NCBI GenBank assembly: GCA_050013755.1
Contig: JBEKER010000001.1
Location: 37,595 to 101,594 of the forward strand
Reading direction: 5' to 3'
From: Halobacteriota archaeon
GTDB taxonomy: Archaea > Halobacteriota > Bog-38 > Methanoflorentales > Methanoflorentaceae
DNA length: 64,000 bases
Shown here: positions 9,243 to 19,773 of the stretch, piece after piece
Numbering within the stretch: position 1 is the stretch's first letter
How the letters are laid out: each line of letters starts with the position of its first letter
Notes under the pieces: generated by a model
Seen by the model: only the letters and a program-made list of their open reading frames with translations
Databases searched by the model: none
Told to the model about the DNA's origin: nothing
Position numbers and translations under genes: made by a program

Positions 9243-9800
9243 ATGACGGATTTGGTTGTACCAGGGGACCTTATAGGTGCTTCTGAAGAATATCTACCCG
9301 GCGACGGGACGTATGAAGACAGAGGCAAGATATTCGCCGCCTTAACGGGAAAAGTCGAAACTGACAAGAAAGACCGGACGGTACGAGTCCTACCCGTTAT
9401 GGAGACCCCACCCATGCTTAAGACGGGCGACATCGTGGTCGGCCGGGTGATCGACCTGAAGAATGCAGTCGTCCTCGTTGATATTGCAAGAATAAAAGGT
9501 CACGAAGACCGCGAAATCGCAAATGCAGATCAAGGAGCCATTCATATTTCAAACGTGAAGGACTCATACGTCGCGAAGCTGGAAACCGAGTTTAGCCAGC
9601 AAGACATTATAAAGGCGAGAGTAATAGACGAAAGGAGCTTAAGATTGAGCACGGTTGAAAAGGATTTAGGCGTGATAAAGGCGCTCTGCTCGAGATGCCG
9701 CATGCCACTCGTGCGGAAGCAGAACAAGCTCGAATGTCCAAGCTGCGAGTGTATCGAAACGCGAAAGATCTCGGAGGACTACGGAAAGGGCGTAATCTAA
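9243..9800 (+). CDS. csl4: Exosome RNA-binding protein Csl4
   Basis: VVPGD..EEYLPGDGTY, S1 domain, C-terminal CxxC..CxxC ribbon, ETRKIS. Confidence 0.95.
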   Translation: MTDLVVPGDLIGASEEYLPGDGTYEDRGKIFAALTGKVETDKKDRTVRVLPVMETPPMLKTGDIVVGRVIDLKNAVVLVDIARIKGHEDREIANADQGAIHISNVKDSYVAKLETEFSQQDIIKARVIDERSLRLSTVEKDLGVIKALCSRCRMPLVRKQNKLECPSCECIETRKISEDYGKGVI

Positions 9801-9842
9801 GGCACTTTTTGTTGTCCACCTGTTTTCAAAGATCTCTAGACA

Positions 9843-10127
9843 ATGAATATTAAGATCATTCACGCAACAAAGGACGAAGTCGAGATAGAATTTCTCGATG
9901 AGGGGCACACGTTCCTCAACGTCTTGAAATACGCGCTGCTTCAAGATCCGCAGGTCGAAAGCGCCACGTACGACGTCAAGTATCCGATGATAAGCAATCC
10001 AATATTCCGTATCAAAACGGAATCCAAGGATCCGTTAAAAGCGCTGCAGGATGCTTCACTGAGGCTAAAAGACGAGTTTGAAGCACTTTTGGGACTCATT
10101 AGGTCAAAATCTGAAGCAATATCCTGA
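9843..10127 (+). CDS. rpoL: RNA polymerase subunit Rpo11/L
   Basis: EGHTFLNVLK..ATYDVKYP; csl4 synteny. Confidence 0.95.
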   Translation: MNIKIIHATKDEVEIEFLDEGHTFLNVLKYALLQDPQVESATYDVKYPMISNPIFRIKTESKDPLKALQDASLRLKDEFEALLGLIRSKSEAIS

Positions 10128-10145
10128 GGGACTATCATCAGATCA

Positions 10146-10685
10146 GTGAATCACGTCACGCTCGATGATGGAACAACTATCGAACTGAAAGTAGCCCACA
10201 TTGACGATTATCAAAATGGCGGCTACGAGTACCTTTACTCGTGGCTGAGTCAAGTCGATCAGTTTTTGGCAAAGCGATACCGTGTTGCTGATCTAGTAAA
10301 GAACAAAGAGCAATGGCTAAGGCGACTCAACACGAATGAGATCACTTTGCTTGGCCTGCACGAAGGTAAGATCATCGGTTCTGCGACGCTGATAATGAAT
10401 GACCCGCAGTCGAGAGCCGCCCACGTCGCTTCGTTCGGCGTCGCAGTCCATCCCGCTTTTCAACGAAAAGGGATTGGAAAATTGCTGATTGTCGCGCTTG
10501 AGCAGATCGCTCTGGAGCAGGGCATTAAAAAGATAGAAGTGAACTGCTACGACGGAAACGCAGCAGCAGCATTGTATCGCTCCTTAAACTACGCTAGCGA
10601 GGGAAGAAGACTGAGGAAAGGGCGGCTAGACAACGGCACCTACGTCGATGAACTGCTGTTTTACAAGTTTATAAGCCCTTTTTAA
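10146..10685 (+). CDS. GNAT family N-acetyltransferase
   Basis: VHPAFQRKGIG acetyl-CoA motif, N..A..LYRSL. Confidence 0.85.
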   Translation: MNHVTLDDGTTIELKVAHIDDYQNGGYEYLYSWLSQVDQFLAKRYRVADLVKNKEQWLRRLNTNEITLLGLHEGKIIGSATLIMNDPQSRAAHVASFGVAVHPAFQRKGIGKLLIVALEQIALEQGIKKIEVNCYDGNAAAALYRSLNYASEGRRLRKGRLDNGTYVDELLFYKFISPF

Positions 10686-10700
10686 ACTCTACTGCAACGC

Positions 10701-11321
10701 TTATTGCCCCTCTGATTGCGTAGCTTCTGCGCCCAGTACCACATACAGCGTCTCAAAAAAGAACTTGCGTTCAGCAATTGCTCTGACGATCTTAAACTGT
10801 GCGCGCATCAGCTGCGTCACTTCGTTGTAGCCCGTGATCGACGAGATCACCAAGAGCACCCTGCCCTTTTGGGTCAAGTGGTTACCAGCCTGTGAGAGGA
10901 ACCGCACGATCACTTCCCTCCCCGAGGGGCCCCCATCCCAAGCATGCGTCTGCCAGTCGCCTGGCACGTCACGCCCGCTAGGCAGGTACGGCGGATTAAA
11001 GATAATGAGGTCAAACTGGCTGTCGAGATCAACAAAAAGATCCCCCATGATCGCCTCGACGCCATTCAACTTCGCATTTTCGACCGCGCGCGGGTTTTTG
11101 TCAGTCGCAATCACGCAGCGGGCGCGTTGTGCGACCCTCTTAGCGATGACTCCGCATCCTGTGCCAACCTCCAAGACAGAGTCAGTGGGGCGCACCTCGT
11201 TTAAGGCGGCTTCAATGAGTAGATACGTGTCGTCACACGGCTCATAAACGTCCGGCAGCACGAGCACTTGCTCGCTGAGATCATGCACTTTTTTCGTTCC
11301 CTTGTTGATTCCGGGCGTCAT
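10701..11321 (-). CDS. HemK2/PrmC-like release-factor glutamine methyltransferase (start uncertain)
   Basis: VYEPCDDTYLL, EVGTGCG, FNPPYLP, WDGGPSG. Confidence 0.88.
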   Translation of the reverse strand: MTPGINKGTKKVHDLSEQVLVLPDVYEPCDDTYLLIEAALNEVRPTDSVLEVGTGCGVIAKRVAQRARCVIATDKNPRAVENAKLNGVEAIMGDLFVDLDSQFDLIIFNPPYLPSGRDVPGDWQTHAWDGGPSGREVIVRFLSQAGNHLTQKGRVLLVISSITGYNEVTQLMRAQFKIVRAIAERKFFFETLYVVLGAEATQSEGQ

Positions 11322-11346
11322 GATTGCTCTCGTCTGGTTTATTCGG

Positions 11347-12186
11347 CTATGGCTGCTGCACCCTCGTCTTTTGCGCTTCGTGCAGCTCAAACGAATCGTT
11401 CGACAGAGTTGCAATCTCTTCTGGAGATAGTTCGTAGGGCCGGCGGACTAGCCAATGCTGCGGCAATTTGGCGATCAGTTGGTCCATCGCTTGTACGTCA
11501 AGCAGCTGTGCCGCCACGAGAAGTGCAGCTCTGAGCGTTTTTCGTCTTTGCGTGAAGAGCGCGCGAACGAAGCTATGAAAGAACACATCGTTGAGTACCT
11601 CAAAGCGCGGTTTAGTGGGGACCAGTTTAACGATCACAGAATCAACTGCGGGGCGCGGATTGAATGCCGTGTTCGGGACACGCGCTAACACTTTGACTCT
11701 TGACATGTAGCTGAGGCAGACCGTCAGACGACTATAGTCCTTCGTGCCCGGCGCTGCGACCATCCGCTGCGCGAACTCTTTTTGATACATCAGCACGCCG
11801 CACGTGAATGGATGCTTTAGTAACTTAAACGTGACTTCTGACGATATCTGATACGGAAGGTTAGAGACTGTCTTGTCAAACGGGGGAAATTCAACTCTTA
11901 GGGCGTCTCCGTGCAGCACGTCGATACCTGGTATCGAACAGAGCTTCTGCGCCAGCTGCCGATCCGCCTCAACTACTACCAGTCTGTGGCACAGCTGGGC
12001 AAGTTTTCTTGTAAGGTTCCCAGTACCTCCGCCAATCTCTAAAATCGTTTCGGTTGGCGCTATATCCGCATAGCTGACGATCTTCTCGATAATCTGATCG
12101 TCTATTAAGAAGTGCTGACCCCACTTCGCTTTATGGTAGCTGCGGTCGATTCCACGGGGCATTGAACGCTTTGGGTGTCGCGTCAC
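11347..12186 (-). CDS. rsmA: 16S rRNA dimethyladenosine transferase
   Basis: GQHFL, EIGGGTG, SNLPYQIS, MYQKEFA. Confidence 0.95.
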   Translation of the reverse strand: MTRHPKRSMPRGIDRSYHKAKWGQHFLIDDQIIEKIVSYADIAPTETILEIGGGTGNLTRKLAQLCHRLVVVEADRQLAQKLCSIPGIDVLHGDALRVEFPPFDKTVSNLPYQISSEVTFKLLKHPFTCGVLMYQKEFAQRMVAAPGTKDYSRLTVCLSYMSRVKVLARVPNTAFNPRPAVDSVIVKLVPTKPRFEVLNDVFFHSFVRALFTQRRKTLRAALLVAAQLLDVQAMDQLIAKLPQHWLVRRPYELSPEEIATLSNDSFELHEAQKTRVQQP

Positions 12187-12189
12187 TCG

Positions 12190-12747
12190 TTATTTCGCAA
12201 AAAACTTGTACTTAGCGTGCTCATCTTTGAGCTCATCTTCGATTCTTTTCGCCATTACTTTTTCCGGGTGATACAAGCCCTTTACCCTGTTTGAAATATC
12301 GGCGAAACTATCGAAAGGCCGTTTCTTGCGTTCCGCAAGGATCTCCCACATGAGCTTTTTGCCCACACCAGGGAGCAGCGCTAGGGTATGGAGACGGGTC
12401 GTTATCGGTTGTGCTTCATTGAAGAAGCTCACAAACCTGGGCTCTTGCTCTTTGACAATTATTTCAAGAGCGTAAGGCAACTCAACCTTTGCACCGTGCG
12501 TGAGTTCCTTATAGTTCAAACGCCTTTTAACGTGATCGATTTCGCTCCGTTCCTCCTCTCCGATATAGAGGCGGTCATACGACTGCGGAACATAGTTCTC
12601 GCGTGGTACGAGTTCGAGCAGGGTGAAATTATCCTCACCCACTACATGGATGATGGGACTCTTCTTGTAAACGGGATGAGGATCATCAGGGTGGCCGTGT
12701 GGCAGATAATCTAGCACGCGGACGTATTGCTCTCTCTCGCCTCTCAT
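12190..12747 (-). CDS. DUF655 putative RNA-binding protein
   Basis: VLDYLPHG, FTLLEL, RLHTLALLPGVGKK; conserved rpoF-DUF655-ksgA order. Confidence 0.9.
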   Translation of the reverse strand: MRGEREQYVRVLDYLPHGHPDDPHPVYKKSPIIHVVGEDNFTLLELVPRENYVPQSYDRLYIGEEERSEIDHVKRRLNYKELTHGAKVELPYALEIIVKEQEPRFVSFFNEAQPITTRLHTLALLPGVGKKLMWEILAERKKRPFDSFADISNRVKGLYHPEKVMAKRIEDELKDEHAKYKFFAK

Positions 12748-12764
12748 TTAAATCGCCCCGGCCC

Positions 12765-13109
12765 TCAACTAAAGCGTGCCACTATGTCGAGTATTTCGTC
12801 GAGTTCCCCTTCTGTCAGTGAAAACCGTTCTTTTGCGTAGATGGATCGCACCTCATCCTTGGACAACGGCATTATGTCAGCGATCCTGATCGCGATTTCC
12901 TCTTTCATCTTCTCGAGGTTTTTTAGCTCGTTGACGAGCTCCCTGGCTTGCGATCCCGTGAGTTTTGAAAAAGTTTTGACGTGGTCGAAGGCCCTTCTGA
13001 ACTCGTAGGTGAACTCTTCTTCAGAACGAGGTGTTGTCAGCTCAAGGAAGATCTCTTTTACCTCAGAAAGCGTGAGGTTCTCCTCTGTCACCACGGTCTT
13101 TACGATCAT
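12765..13109 (-). CDS. rpoF: RNA polymerase subunit Rpo4/F
   Basis: [17 protein letters not shown]. Confidence 0.93.
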   Translation of the reverse strand: MIVKTVVTEENLTLSEVKEIFLELTTPRSEEEFTYEFRRAFDHVKTFSKLTGSQARELVNELKNLEKMKEEIAIRIADIMPLSKDEVRSIYAKERFSLTEGELDEILDIVARFS

Positions 13110-13405
13110 TGTGCCTGCTTCTGTTCTTTCAAATGCTGCGGGCGTGCTATTACCGTCTTTACAGCGTTTCCATCCGTTACTTGCACCACGTATGCGTGGC
13201 CGCGTTGCCCGAGCACTGTTCCGGTCCTGCCGTGGAACTTTGGATTCGGCATGCCCTTGTGGACGCTTGCGTCTAGATCGATATGGACTTTCTGGCCCGC
13301 TTCAAAGCTCCTGATTGCATGACTCACCGGAGCAATGCCTCGTTCCCTGATAGTTTTTTTCAGCTTGTACCGCGTCTTCCTCCGCTCACCGTGTGATCTT
13401 GGCAT
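13106..13405 (-). CDS. rpl21e: Ribosomal protein eL21
   Basis: [21 protein letters not shown]. Confidence 0.97.
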   Translation of the reverse strand: MPRSHGERRKTRYKLKKTIRERGIAPVSHAIRSFEAGQKVHIDLDASVHKGMPNPKFHGRTGTVLGQRGHAYVVQVTDGNAVKTVIARPQHLKEQKQAQ

Positions 13406-14616
13406 TAGAGACCTCCGCCAACTTCTAGTACATCAAGCTCTTCAACTTTTGCATTTACGCCGAGAAGACCGGATAGGTTAGGAGTGGTTCTGTCATCGTC
13501 TCCAGATATTAACTCCTTCACGTAGAGTCCACCCTCACACCGAATTATTATCTCATCACCTTCCAGCTCGGCCGAATACACTTTCTTGTGTCGCTTCAAG
13601 TCTGCACGGCGATGTACCACTCGTTGAGGGGTTGTTTGCTCAATATCGCCTTCAAGTCGCTTCAGCGCTTCTTTTAACTTTTCCTCACCAATCGGATGTT
13701 CGTATATAACTTTAAGCCTATAAACTTTATCCAACAGGGTGTTTTTTACTTTTACGACCGTTTCGTGGTCAACGAAGGCTAAATGACTTACCGCGATTTT
13801 TTCTTGCGAAGAATTTATCGCCTGTTCTAATTCCTGAAGGTCGACTTCTCTCCTGTGAGGAGATTTTATCTCCAGAACAAAAGGCCGACCGTTTCCAAGC
13901 ATGCGGGCGTCGACATCCTCTCTGCCAGCGCCGTGAAATATCACGTCTTGGCCACGGCTTGCGCTAAGTACGTGGGCCCCTATCAGCTCCTGAACGGATT
14001 CGGGATACATTTTCCCAGTCAAGTTGCACCTTACGCAGCCTTTTCCGCCGCACTCGCCACACGGCCATTTCGTCTGTGGCAATCCCCTGACGAACTTTAG
14101 GTATCGGCCGTACAAAAAAAGCGGATTCGCGTGAATCTCAACCTTGTCTCGGGCCAAATCGACTATGAGCAAGATGTCTGGCCTGTTGAATTCTGCCTGT
14201 TTGCCGGTGAGAAGCTCGATACGTTTGCCCAATTCTCTGTTTAACGCTGATTTGAGCGGCTCTGCTGTCGTCGTTTTAGACTCAGCCCACAGTATCTCTT
14301 CGTTCTCAGCGAGTCTGCCAGTCAGTTTAGTGCCAACCAGAAAATTTGCGAATTCGTAGTGATGGAGCTGTTCGAGACATCGTTCAACCCACGAATCCAG
14401 ATTCTTGAACAGGCCTCCGCAAACCCAGCACGTGTCATAAGCTTCTTCCAACTCTTGGGTGTTCATTGGCGCGTTGTCAAGCATTGCCTTGACGATTCGG
14501 ATCGCCCGTCCTCGCTGTTTGTTAGTGAGGTTCGTAGAACATTTTGCAAATTGACGCCCCAGACAATCGTCGCAAATAGGTCCTTCGCTCAATATTGAGG
14601 TCACTATTTCGAACAT
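13405..14616 (-). CDS. pus10: tRNA pseudouridine 54/55 synthase Pus10
   Basis: [36 protein letters not shown]. Confidence 0.95.
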   Translation of the reverse strand: MFEIVTSILSEGPICDDCLGRQFAKCSTNLTNKQRGRAIRIVKAMLDNAPMNTQELEEAYDTCWVCGGLFKNLDSWVERCLEQLHHYEFANFLVGTKLTGRLAENEEILWAESKTTTAEPLKSALNRELGKRIELLTGKQAEFNRPDILLIVDLARDKVEIHANPLFLYGRYLKFVRGLPQTKWPCGECGGKGCVRCNLTGKMYPESVQELIGAHVLSASRGQDVIFHGAGREDVDARMLGNGRPFVLEIKSPHRREVDLQELEQAINSSQEKIAVSHLAFVDHETVVKVKNTLLDKVYRLKVIYEHPIGEEKLKEALKRLEGDIEQTTPQRVVHRRADLKRHKKVYSAELEGDEIIIRCEGGLYVKELISGDDDRTTPNLSGLLGVNAKVEELDVLEVGGGL

Positions 14617-14971
14617 CGTCTGTCCTTCCCGTTCTTTGTTATTCAGTGATTGTCTTGAGCTTAGCCGGCCCGCTTATCGTCCTTCCCGCTTGGAGGGCCT
14701 CCTCAGCGGGCACGTTGCGTTTCTTTCGTCTGAATAGAGGCCTAAATTCAGAGCCAACCTAATGCATTGTTTTCGGTGCATCAGGTCCTCACAACCCACA
14801 ATTGATCCCGGGCATTACCGCGCGCACAAAATGTCGCGAGAAATCAAGCGTTCACCATTGCCGCAGTACGTCGATGCTGTTTGCACAGCGAGGTGCCCAA
14901 TGAAGCGAAAATCTCTTGAGTGGGGGGTTTGTGCACTACAGCTGTGTGCATCACACCGTCTTTAGATCGTC

Positions 14972-15595
14972 TCAACCCGGTACTTTTTCGGTAAATGCGA
15001 GAGTGCCCGAGATTTTCTTGACTCGTACCTTTACGGTATCTCCTTTGCGTGCGCCCGGAACGAACAGCGAGTATTTGCCAACCTTGGCAATCCCGTCTCC
15101 TCGCTTGCCGACGGCTTCGATCCGCACATCGTAGACGCTCCCCTCTTCAAGCGCACTGGCCGCGCTTTCCTTCTTCACATATCGTTTCCGTATGGGCCTG
15201 TGAGCGCCGCACGCGTCACACTTTAGCATAACCGTTCGATCAGTCTTCGTTAGATGTGTGTCTGGTCTATTGCATTCTGAACAAATTACGTACTCCGCAA
15301 CATAATCATCGATGAGGGCGGCTATCATCTCTTGCGAAAATCTGCCCTGAAGAATGACCCTCCCTCCGTCCGCTTTGCCTGCAGTTCCGAGTTCTCGCAA
15401 TACAAATTTGAGCACATGCTCAGGATTTCTATTTAGCACGTCGCTGATTTCGCTGAAATTCTCAAAAACAGTCATTCTTCCTTCGACAAACACCCGCGGT
15501 ACAGGTACCGAAAAACGTTCCGCGGCTATCGTTGTCTGAGGCAAGTTTTTGATGCCGCGATTTAAGTAGTTTTCATAACTATCCGTACTATACAC
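14972..15595 (-). CDS. eif2b: Translation initiation factor aIF2 beta with C-terminal TRAM domain
   Basis: ERF, ELGTAG, CSECNRPDT..CDACGA, TRAM GKRGDGIAK. Confidence 0.95.
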   Translation of the reverse strand: MYSTDSYENYLNRGIKNLPQTTIAAERFSVPVPRVFVEGRMTVFENFSEISDVLNRNPEHVLKFVLRELGTAGKADGGRVILQGRFSQEMIAALIDDYVAEYVICSECNRPDTHLTKTDRTVMLKCDACGAHRPIRKRYVKKESAASALEEGSVYDVRIEAVGKRGDGIAKVGKYSLFVPGARKGDTVKVRVKKISGTLAFTEKVPG

Positions 15596-15635
15596 CTTCT
15601 TCTAACTATCACAACTTACAGCGGTCCCGGTAGCG

Positions 15636-16157
15636 TCACGCTTTGATGAGCTCAAGCCCTTCGTCTATGACAATTCTGCACGGCGGTGGCACTTTCATCG
15701 AAGCTCTACGCAGCGCTTCTTTGGCTTTTAAAAAGTTAGGAGGATTTACAAACACCGTAAACACTTTTTGGTCAGAGGCTACGCGGGCGGCGGTTCCTAC
15801 GGCCTTTCCAAATGCCCCCCTCATCCCATCCTGAACCCGATCAGCCCCAGCGCCGGTGGCCATCTTGTTCTCTCGCAGCACTTGGTGCGGATAGACGCGG
15901 AGCTTCAGCCGGAAATTCAGCCTGCCTGTTGATTTCATCAGGTAACGGTTTGCTGCGATCCTGGCGGCTTCCAGCGCAATATGTCGTATTTGACACGGTT
16001 CATCAACGCTGAGTGAAACTGCCACCTTGAAATCGCCACTTAGATTGCCGGTATCGAATTGTGAAATCTTGCTTCCAGGGATCCCCCCCATATAAGACTT
16101 CCTTGTGTAGGCCGGTCCTGTAACCCTTCTATACATCTTAGCTGGTTTGCGCGCCAT
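15636..16157 (-). CDS. rpl10e: Ribosomal protein uL16 (L10e)
   Basis: [34 protein letters not shown]. Confidence 0.97.
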   Translation of the reverse strand: MARKPAKMYRRVTGPAYTRKSYMGGIPGSKISQFDTGNLSGDFKVAVSLSVDEPCQIRHIALEAARIAANRYLMKSTGRLNFRLKLRVYPHQVLRENKMATGAGADRVQDGMRGAFGKAVGTAARVASDQKVFTVFVNPPNFLKAKEALRRASMKVPPPCRIVIDEGLELIKA

Positions 16158-16288
16158 TTTATCCTCGTTATTGAACTATAATTAGCATAACACGTGATTC
16201 GTTAAAAAGTTTTGCCGGTTTGGAATCGCACGTGGCAAAAAGAAAAACTGCAGGCCGCGATCTGCGTGCTATAAAAATTCTTGCGCAA

Positions 16289-16915
16289 TCAAGTTAAACG
16301 TGCAATGACTGCTGCGTGCGCTTTATAAAACGGTTCGAGCTCATGGACGGACTCAATGTCGAATAGCTCTTTTAATTTCTTGACTTCTCGTTTATAGACT
16401 GTTTTGGGTTTCGCCGTGACATCGATGCTTCGCGCCTTAATGATAATGCAAGCGTGGCCGCGTGGTTTCAAGAACAATTCGGCGTTTTTTACAGCGATTT
16501 CAGCTTGTCTCGGCTGTGCAATGTCCTGGTATAGTAGATCAACAAGTTCGACAACAGGTCCATAGTCAGGTTGCGCAGCATCTGAAATCAAGGGGATGAT
16601 ATTCTCGACGCGCTCTGACAAACGAACCAGGTCCCGTGCCACGCGTGGCGCAAACTCTACGGCGTACACGAGTGAAACAATGTCGGCTAGGTGCGAGACA
16701 GTCGTCCCGGATGCGGCCCCCAAGTAGAGCACAATCTGCTCAGGCGCCAGAGGCACTTGCGCCTGCTTAATCAATAGTGCTGCCAACTTACTCCGTCGTG
16801 GGTTCCAAAGGCGGTACCCGTCGAAAGTCCTCTCCCCGTGCAGAGCTTCGCCTTTCGTGGCTAACTGCCTATCCAGTAAAAAAACTCCAGCGACCTTATG
16901 GGGTGTTATCTTCAT
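16289..16915 (-). CDS. flpA: Fibrillarin 2'-O-methyltransferase
   Basis: WNPRRSKLAA, LYLGAASGTTVSH, YQDIAQPRQ. Confidence 0.95.
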   Translation of the reverse strand: MKITPHKVAGVFLLDRQLATKGEALHGERTFDGYRLWNPRRSKLAALLIKQAQVPLAPEQIVLYLGAASGTTVSHLADIVSLVYAVEFAPRVARDLVRLSERVENIIPLISDAAQPDYGPVVELVDLLYQDIAQPRQAEIAVKNAELFLKPRGHACIIIKARSIDVTAKPKTVYKREVKKLKELFDIESVHELEPFYKAHAAVIARLT

Positions 16916-17801
16916 GTTGTTTGGGGTTGCGCTCCGCGGTCTGCAGTTCGCCAACTCGTTTTTCCACTTGGCTTAATAGTTCAGGATACGCCCTTTTTGA
17001 ATAGAAGTCTAAACGAGCCGCAATGGCTATTTTTGCAGCTAAGATTCTTGCAATCTTTCCTCTGATGTTCGGGTGACTGCCGCGAACGAGCGGATGTTGA
17101 AAAATGACTCCGTGCTTGGGTGGTTTTGTGCCGTACTTTATGTGTTTGAATAGCGCCTTGGAAGCGCCCATTACCTGAATCCTACTGGCGGGCATTCTTG
17201 CGAGTGATCCTAAGCCGCCTGCTCGAGCGATTAATCGCGCCCCGAGCAGTTCACCAGCGAGCGTGGAGAGATTGGGGGCAGTGGTGCGCATTTCAAGCTC
17301 GATAGCGCTTGCTGTTTCCTGTCTCAATTCGCAAAGTCGGCTAATGGAACCGGCAAATTCTTGCGCCAGCGGCGACTGTGCGGAAGGTAAGGAGGCAAAA
17401 GCCTCCAGCAAGTCCTCTGGCATAGACGTCTCTGGCGTGAGCAAACACCACTCCGAAAGTCGTTCAGAGAGCAAGTTTATCGATTCATCAATGTCGTCGA
17501 TACCATCGATGAGCTGGATAATGCGCGCTTCGGGCTGAGCAAACGCTGTGACTATCCGTTCCTTCGCGCGTTGTATCATAACAGCGCGAAGGAGTGAAAC
17601 ATATTCGCGCTGGGAGCCGACAACTTGAAGTTTGATCGCCATCTCCCTGAGATGACCTCTACATTCCTTATCAAAAACGGCAAAGTCCTCTCGCTCTAAG
17701 CGCTGTGCCATCGCGTCAATATCTGAATTCAAGACCTGCGAACCGACGATCTCGTCGTTGCGCAGTTCAATGTCTCCAAACCAAGTTTTGATGTGTGCCA
17801 T
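16896..17801 (-). CDS. nop5: Nop5 (Nop56/58) C/D sRNP protein
   Basis: APNLSTLAG..GARLI, PASRIQVMGA.KALF, PKHGVIFQHP. Confidence 0.93.
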   Translation of the reverse strand: MAHIKTWFGDIELRNDEIVGSQVLNSDIDAMAQRLEREDFAVFDKECRGHLREMAIKLQVVGSQREYVSLLRAVMIQRAKERIVTAFAQPEARIIQLIDGIDDIDESINLLSERLSEWCLLTPETSMPEDLLEAFASLPSAQSPLAQEFAGSISRLCELRQETASAIELEMRTTAPNLSTLAGELLGARLIARAGGLGSLARMPASRIQVMGASKALFKHIKYGTKPPKHGVIFQHPLVRGSHPNIRGKIARILAAKIAIAARLDFYSKRAYPELLSQVEKRVGELQTAERNPKQHEDNTP

Positions 17802-17930
17802 AGCTAATTTTTGCCGTCAGTTGCGCCAGTCTCGTAACGGATGCGATGGGGCCTATTCTATTTATAGTGGCGATAGACGGTTCTATATATCTTGGGGCAA
17901 ATTTATAGTTTGTCGGCTGGAAGTGATCAA

Positions 17931-18830
17931 TTGAACGTCCGTATCGGCAAACTGACGCTTAGTAACCCCACGATGCTCGCTGCAGGGATTATGGGATCTG
18001 CTGCATCTTGTCTAAGGCGTGTCATGACGTGCGGTGCAGGGGGCGTAGTGACGAAGTCAGTAGGTCTCACGCCTCGCGAAGGTCATCCCGGACCCGTCCT
18101 CGTTGAGACCTCATGTGGGTTTCTCAACGCTCTTGGATTACCCAACGCGGGACTTGCGTTTGCCGAGGAACTTGAGCAGCTGATTGCTGAAGCCGAACGA
18201 AAACCACTAATCGTCAGCATATTTGGCGCTAACGCAGACGAATTCGTTGAGCTAGCCAGAACGTTTAGCCGGTTCGCCGACGCCCTCGAACTTAACCTAA
18301 GCTGCCCCCACGCTCAGGGATATGGAATCGAAGTTGGCGCAGAGGCGGCACTGGTCGAATCTATTACGCGCTCCGTGAAAAAACAGGTCGAACTCCCTGT
18401 ATGGGTCAAGCTCACCCCTAACGTGACCGACATCACGGAAATAGGTCACGCAGCGGAAAAAGGCGGAGCTGACGCTGTAGTGGCGATCAACACCGTCAAG
18501 GGAATGGCGATCGACGTGGAAAGCGGAAGGCCTGTCTTGGGTAACGCATTTGGCGGCCTTTCAGGCAGTGCGATACGGCCGGTGGCGGTGAAATGTGTTT
18601 ACGACCTCTACGAAGCCCTTAGGATCCCTATTGTTGGAGTCGGGGGGGTCAGCAGCTACGAGGACGCCTTAGAGCTCATTATGGCTGGAGCGAAGGCCAT
18701 TCAGATCGGGTCGGCGGTGGCCAGAGATCTGTCAATCTTTGAGAGTGTGGCGGACGGAATCGACCGCTACCTTGCCAGGAAAGGCATAACACTTGAAGAT
18801 GCGGTCGGAAGCGCACACGAGAATTATTAA
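17931..18830 (+). CDS. pyrD: Dihydroorotate dehydrogenase family 1B catalytic subunit
   Basis: VTKS, ELNLSCPH, VKLTPNVTDI, GGLSG. Confidence 0.93.
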   Translation: MNVRIGKLTLSNPTMLAAGIMGSAASCLRRVMTCGAGGVVTKSVGLTPREGHPGPVLVETSCGFLNALGLPNAGLAFAEELEQLIAEAERKPLIVSIFGANADEFVELARTFSRFADALELNLSCPHAQGYGIEVGAEAALVESITRSVKKQVELPVWVKLTPNVTDITEIGHAAEKGGADAVVAINTVKGMAIDVESGRPVLGNAFGGLSGSAIRPVAVKCVYDLYEALRIPIVGVGGVSSYEDALELIMAGAKAIQIGSAVARDLSIFESVADGIDRYLARKGITLEDAVGSAHENY

Positions 18831-18831
18831 A

Positions 18832-19773
18832 ATGGATCTGAAGCAGCTGCTTAACGCGACAAGCGTACTGCTCGTCGACGACACATACGCCGGCCTGAGA
18901 GATACTACTTTCTCGAAGTATCTTCTTCGAGAGATGCTCGATTCACCGATTGACGCGATCGTTTCGTTTATCTGCGACGGCCAAATACGCGGAATTGCCT
19001 TCAAGCAGGATTTTTGGACGTTAGTGACCGACATAGTCCGGTTTGATTCAGAGTTCGATAGATATGCCACAGCGCTGTATCAGAGGACCAAATCCGACAA
19101 TAAGCGATCATTTGTGATCGAGGCAGCCGATTTTCACGCGGCGGTATGTGCACTTTTGTGCGACCTGCTGGTGAGCGGTGAATCCTGTGAATGTTACGGC
19201 GGAAGACGAGCTCAGGTACTAGCATACTCGCCTGAGCGTCAGGAGCGCTTACAGCTATTTTTAAAGACTAAAATCGAGCTATCTTACGATTTGAATGCGG
19301 GAGAGATGCTGGAGGTATGCTGTGGGAACGGCATGGCCACCGCTGCGCTCCGCGAGCTCGGGTATAATGTGTGTGCAATAGATAACGATAAATGCGCAGT
19401 TTGTGAGGGGTTATTCTACGGCGCTCTTGCCAAAGAAAACACACTGGTGATGGATGCCCGTTACCTAGTGGAATACGAACTCGCTAAGTACCACGAGTTT
19501 AGATACGTCGCCGGCTTCATGCTGGGAGCCATTTACGAGTTCAACAAACCCGATTGGCAGAAAATACTGTCAGAGGCTGCTGAGGTCATTAGTGAGGGGC
19601 TTTTGCTGTTTACCGCGCAAAAGAAAGAAGAGGCCGACTTCATTTACAAAACGCTGCTAGACTTTGGCATCGAAGGCGAAATTATCGACAACCGAGACGA
19701 CACCAGCATTTACGACCAGTGGGCCTACCTCGGTGTCAAGCGAGCTAGCGTATCGTCAAGTCCCAAGCAGTGA
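18832..19773 (+). CDS. Hypothetical protein with C-terminal class I SAM-methyltransferase-like domain
   Basis: LEVCCGNGMAT..CAIDND resembles motifs I and II; ATG 1 nt after the pyrD stop. Confidence 0.65.
   Translation: MDLKQLLNATSVLLVDDTYAGLRDTTFSKYLLREMLDSPIDAIVSFICDGQIRGIAFKQDFWTLVTDIVRFDSEFDRYATALYQRTKSDNKRSFVIEAADFHAAVCALLCDLLVSGESCECYGGRRAQVLAYSPERQERLQLFLKTKIELSYDLNAGEMLEVCCGNGMATAALRELGYNVCAIDNDKCAVCEGLFYGALAKENTLVMDARYLVEYELAKYHEFRYVAGFMLGAIYEFNKPDWQKILSEAAEVISEGLLLFTAQKKEEADFIYKTLLDFGIEGEIIDNRDDTSIYDQWAYLGVKRASVSSSPKQ

Noticed and set aside
14617..14971. Possible RNase P RNA
   Set aside because: No GAGGAA.GUCC or terminal ACAGAA..GCUUA conserved regions on either strand
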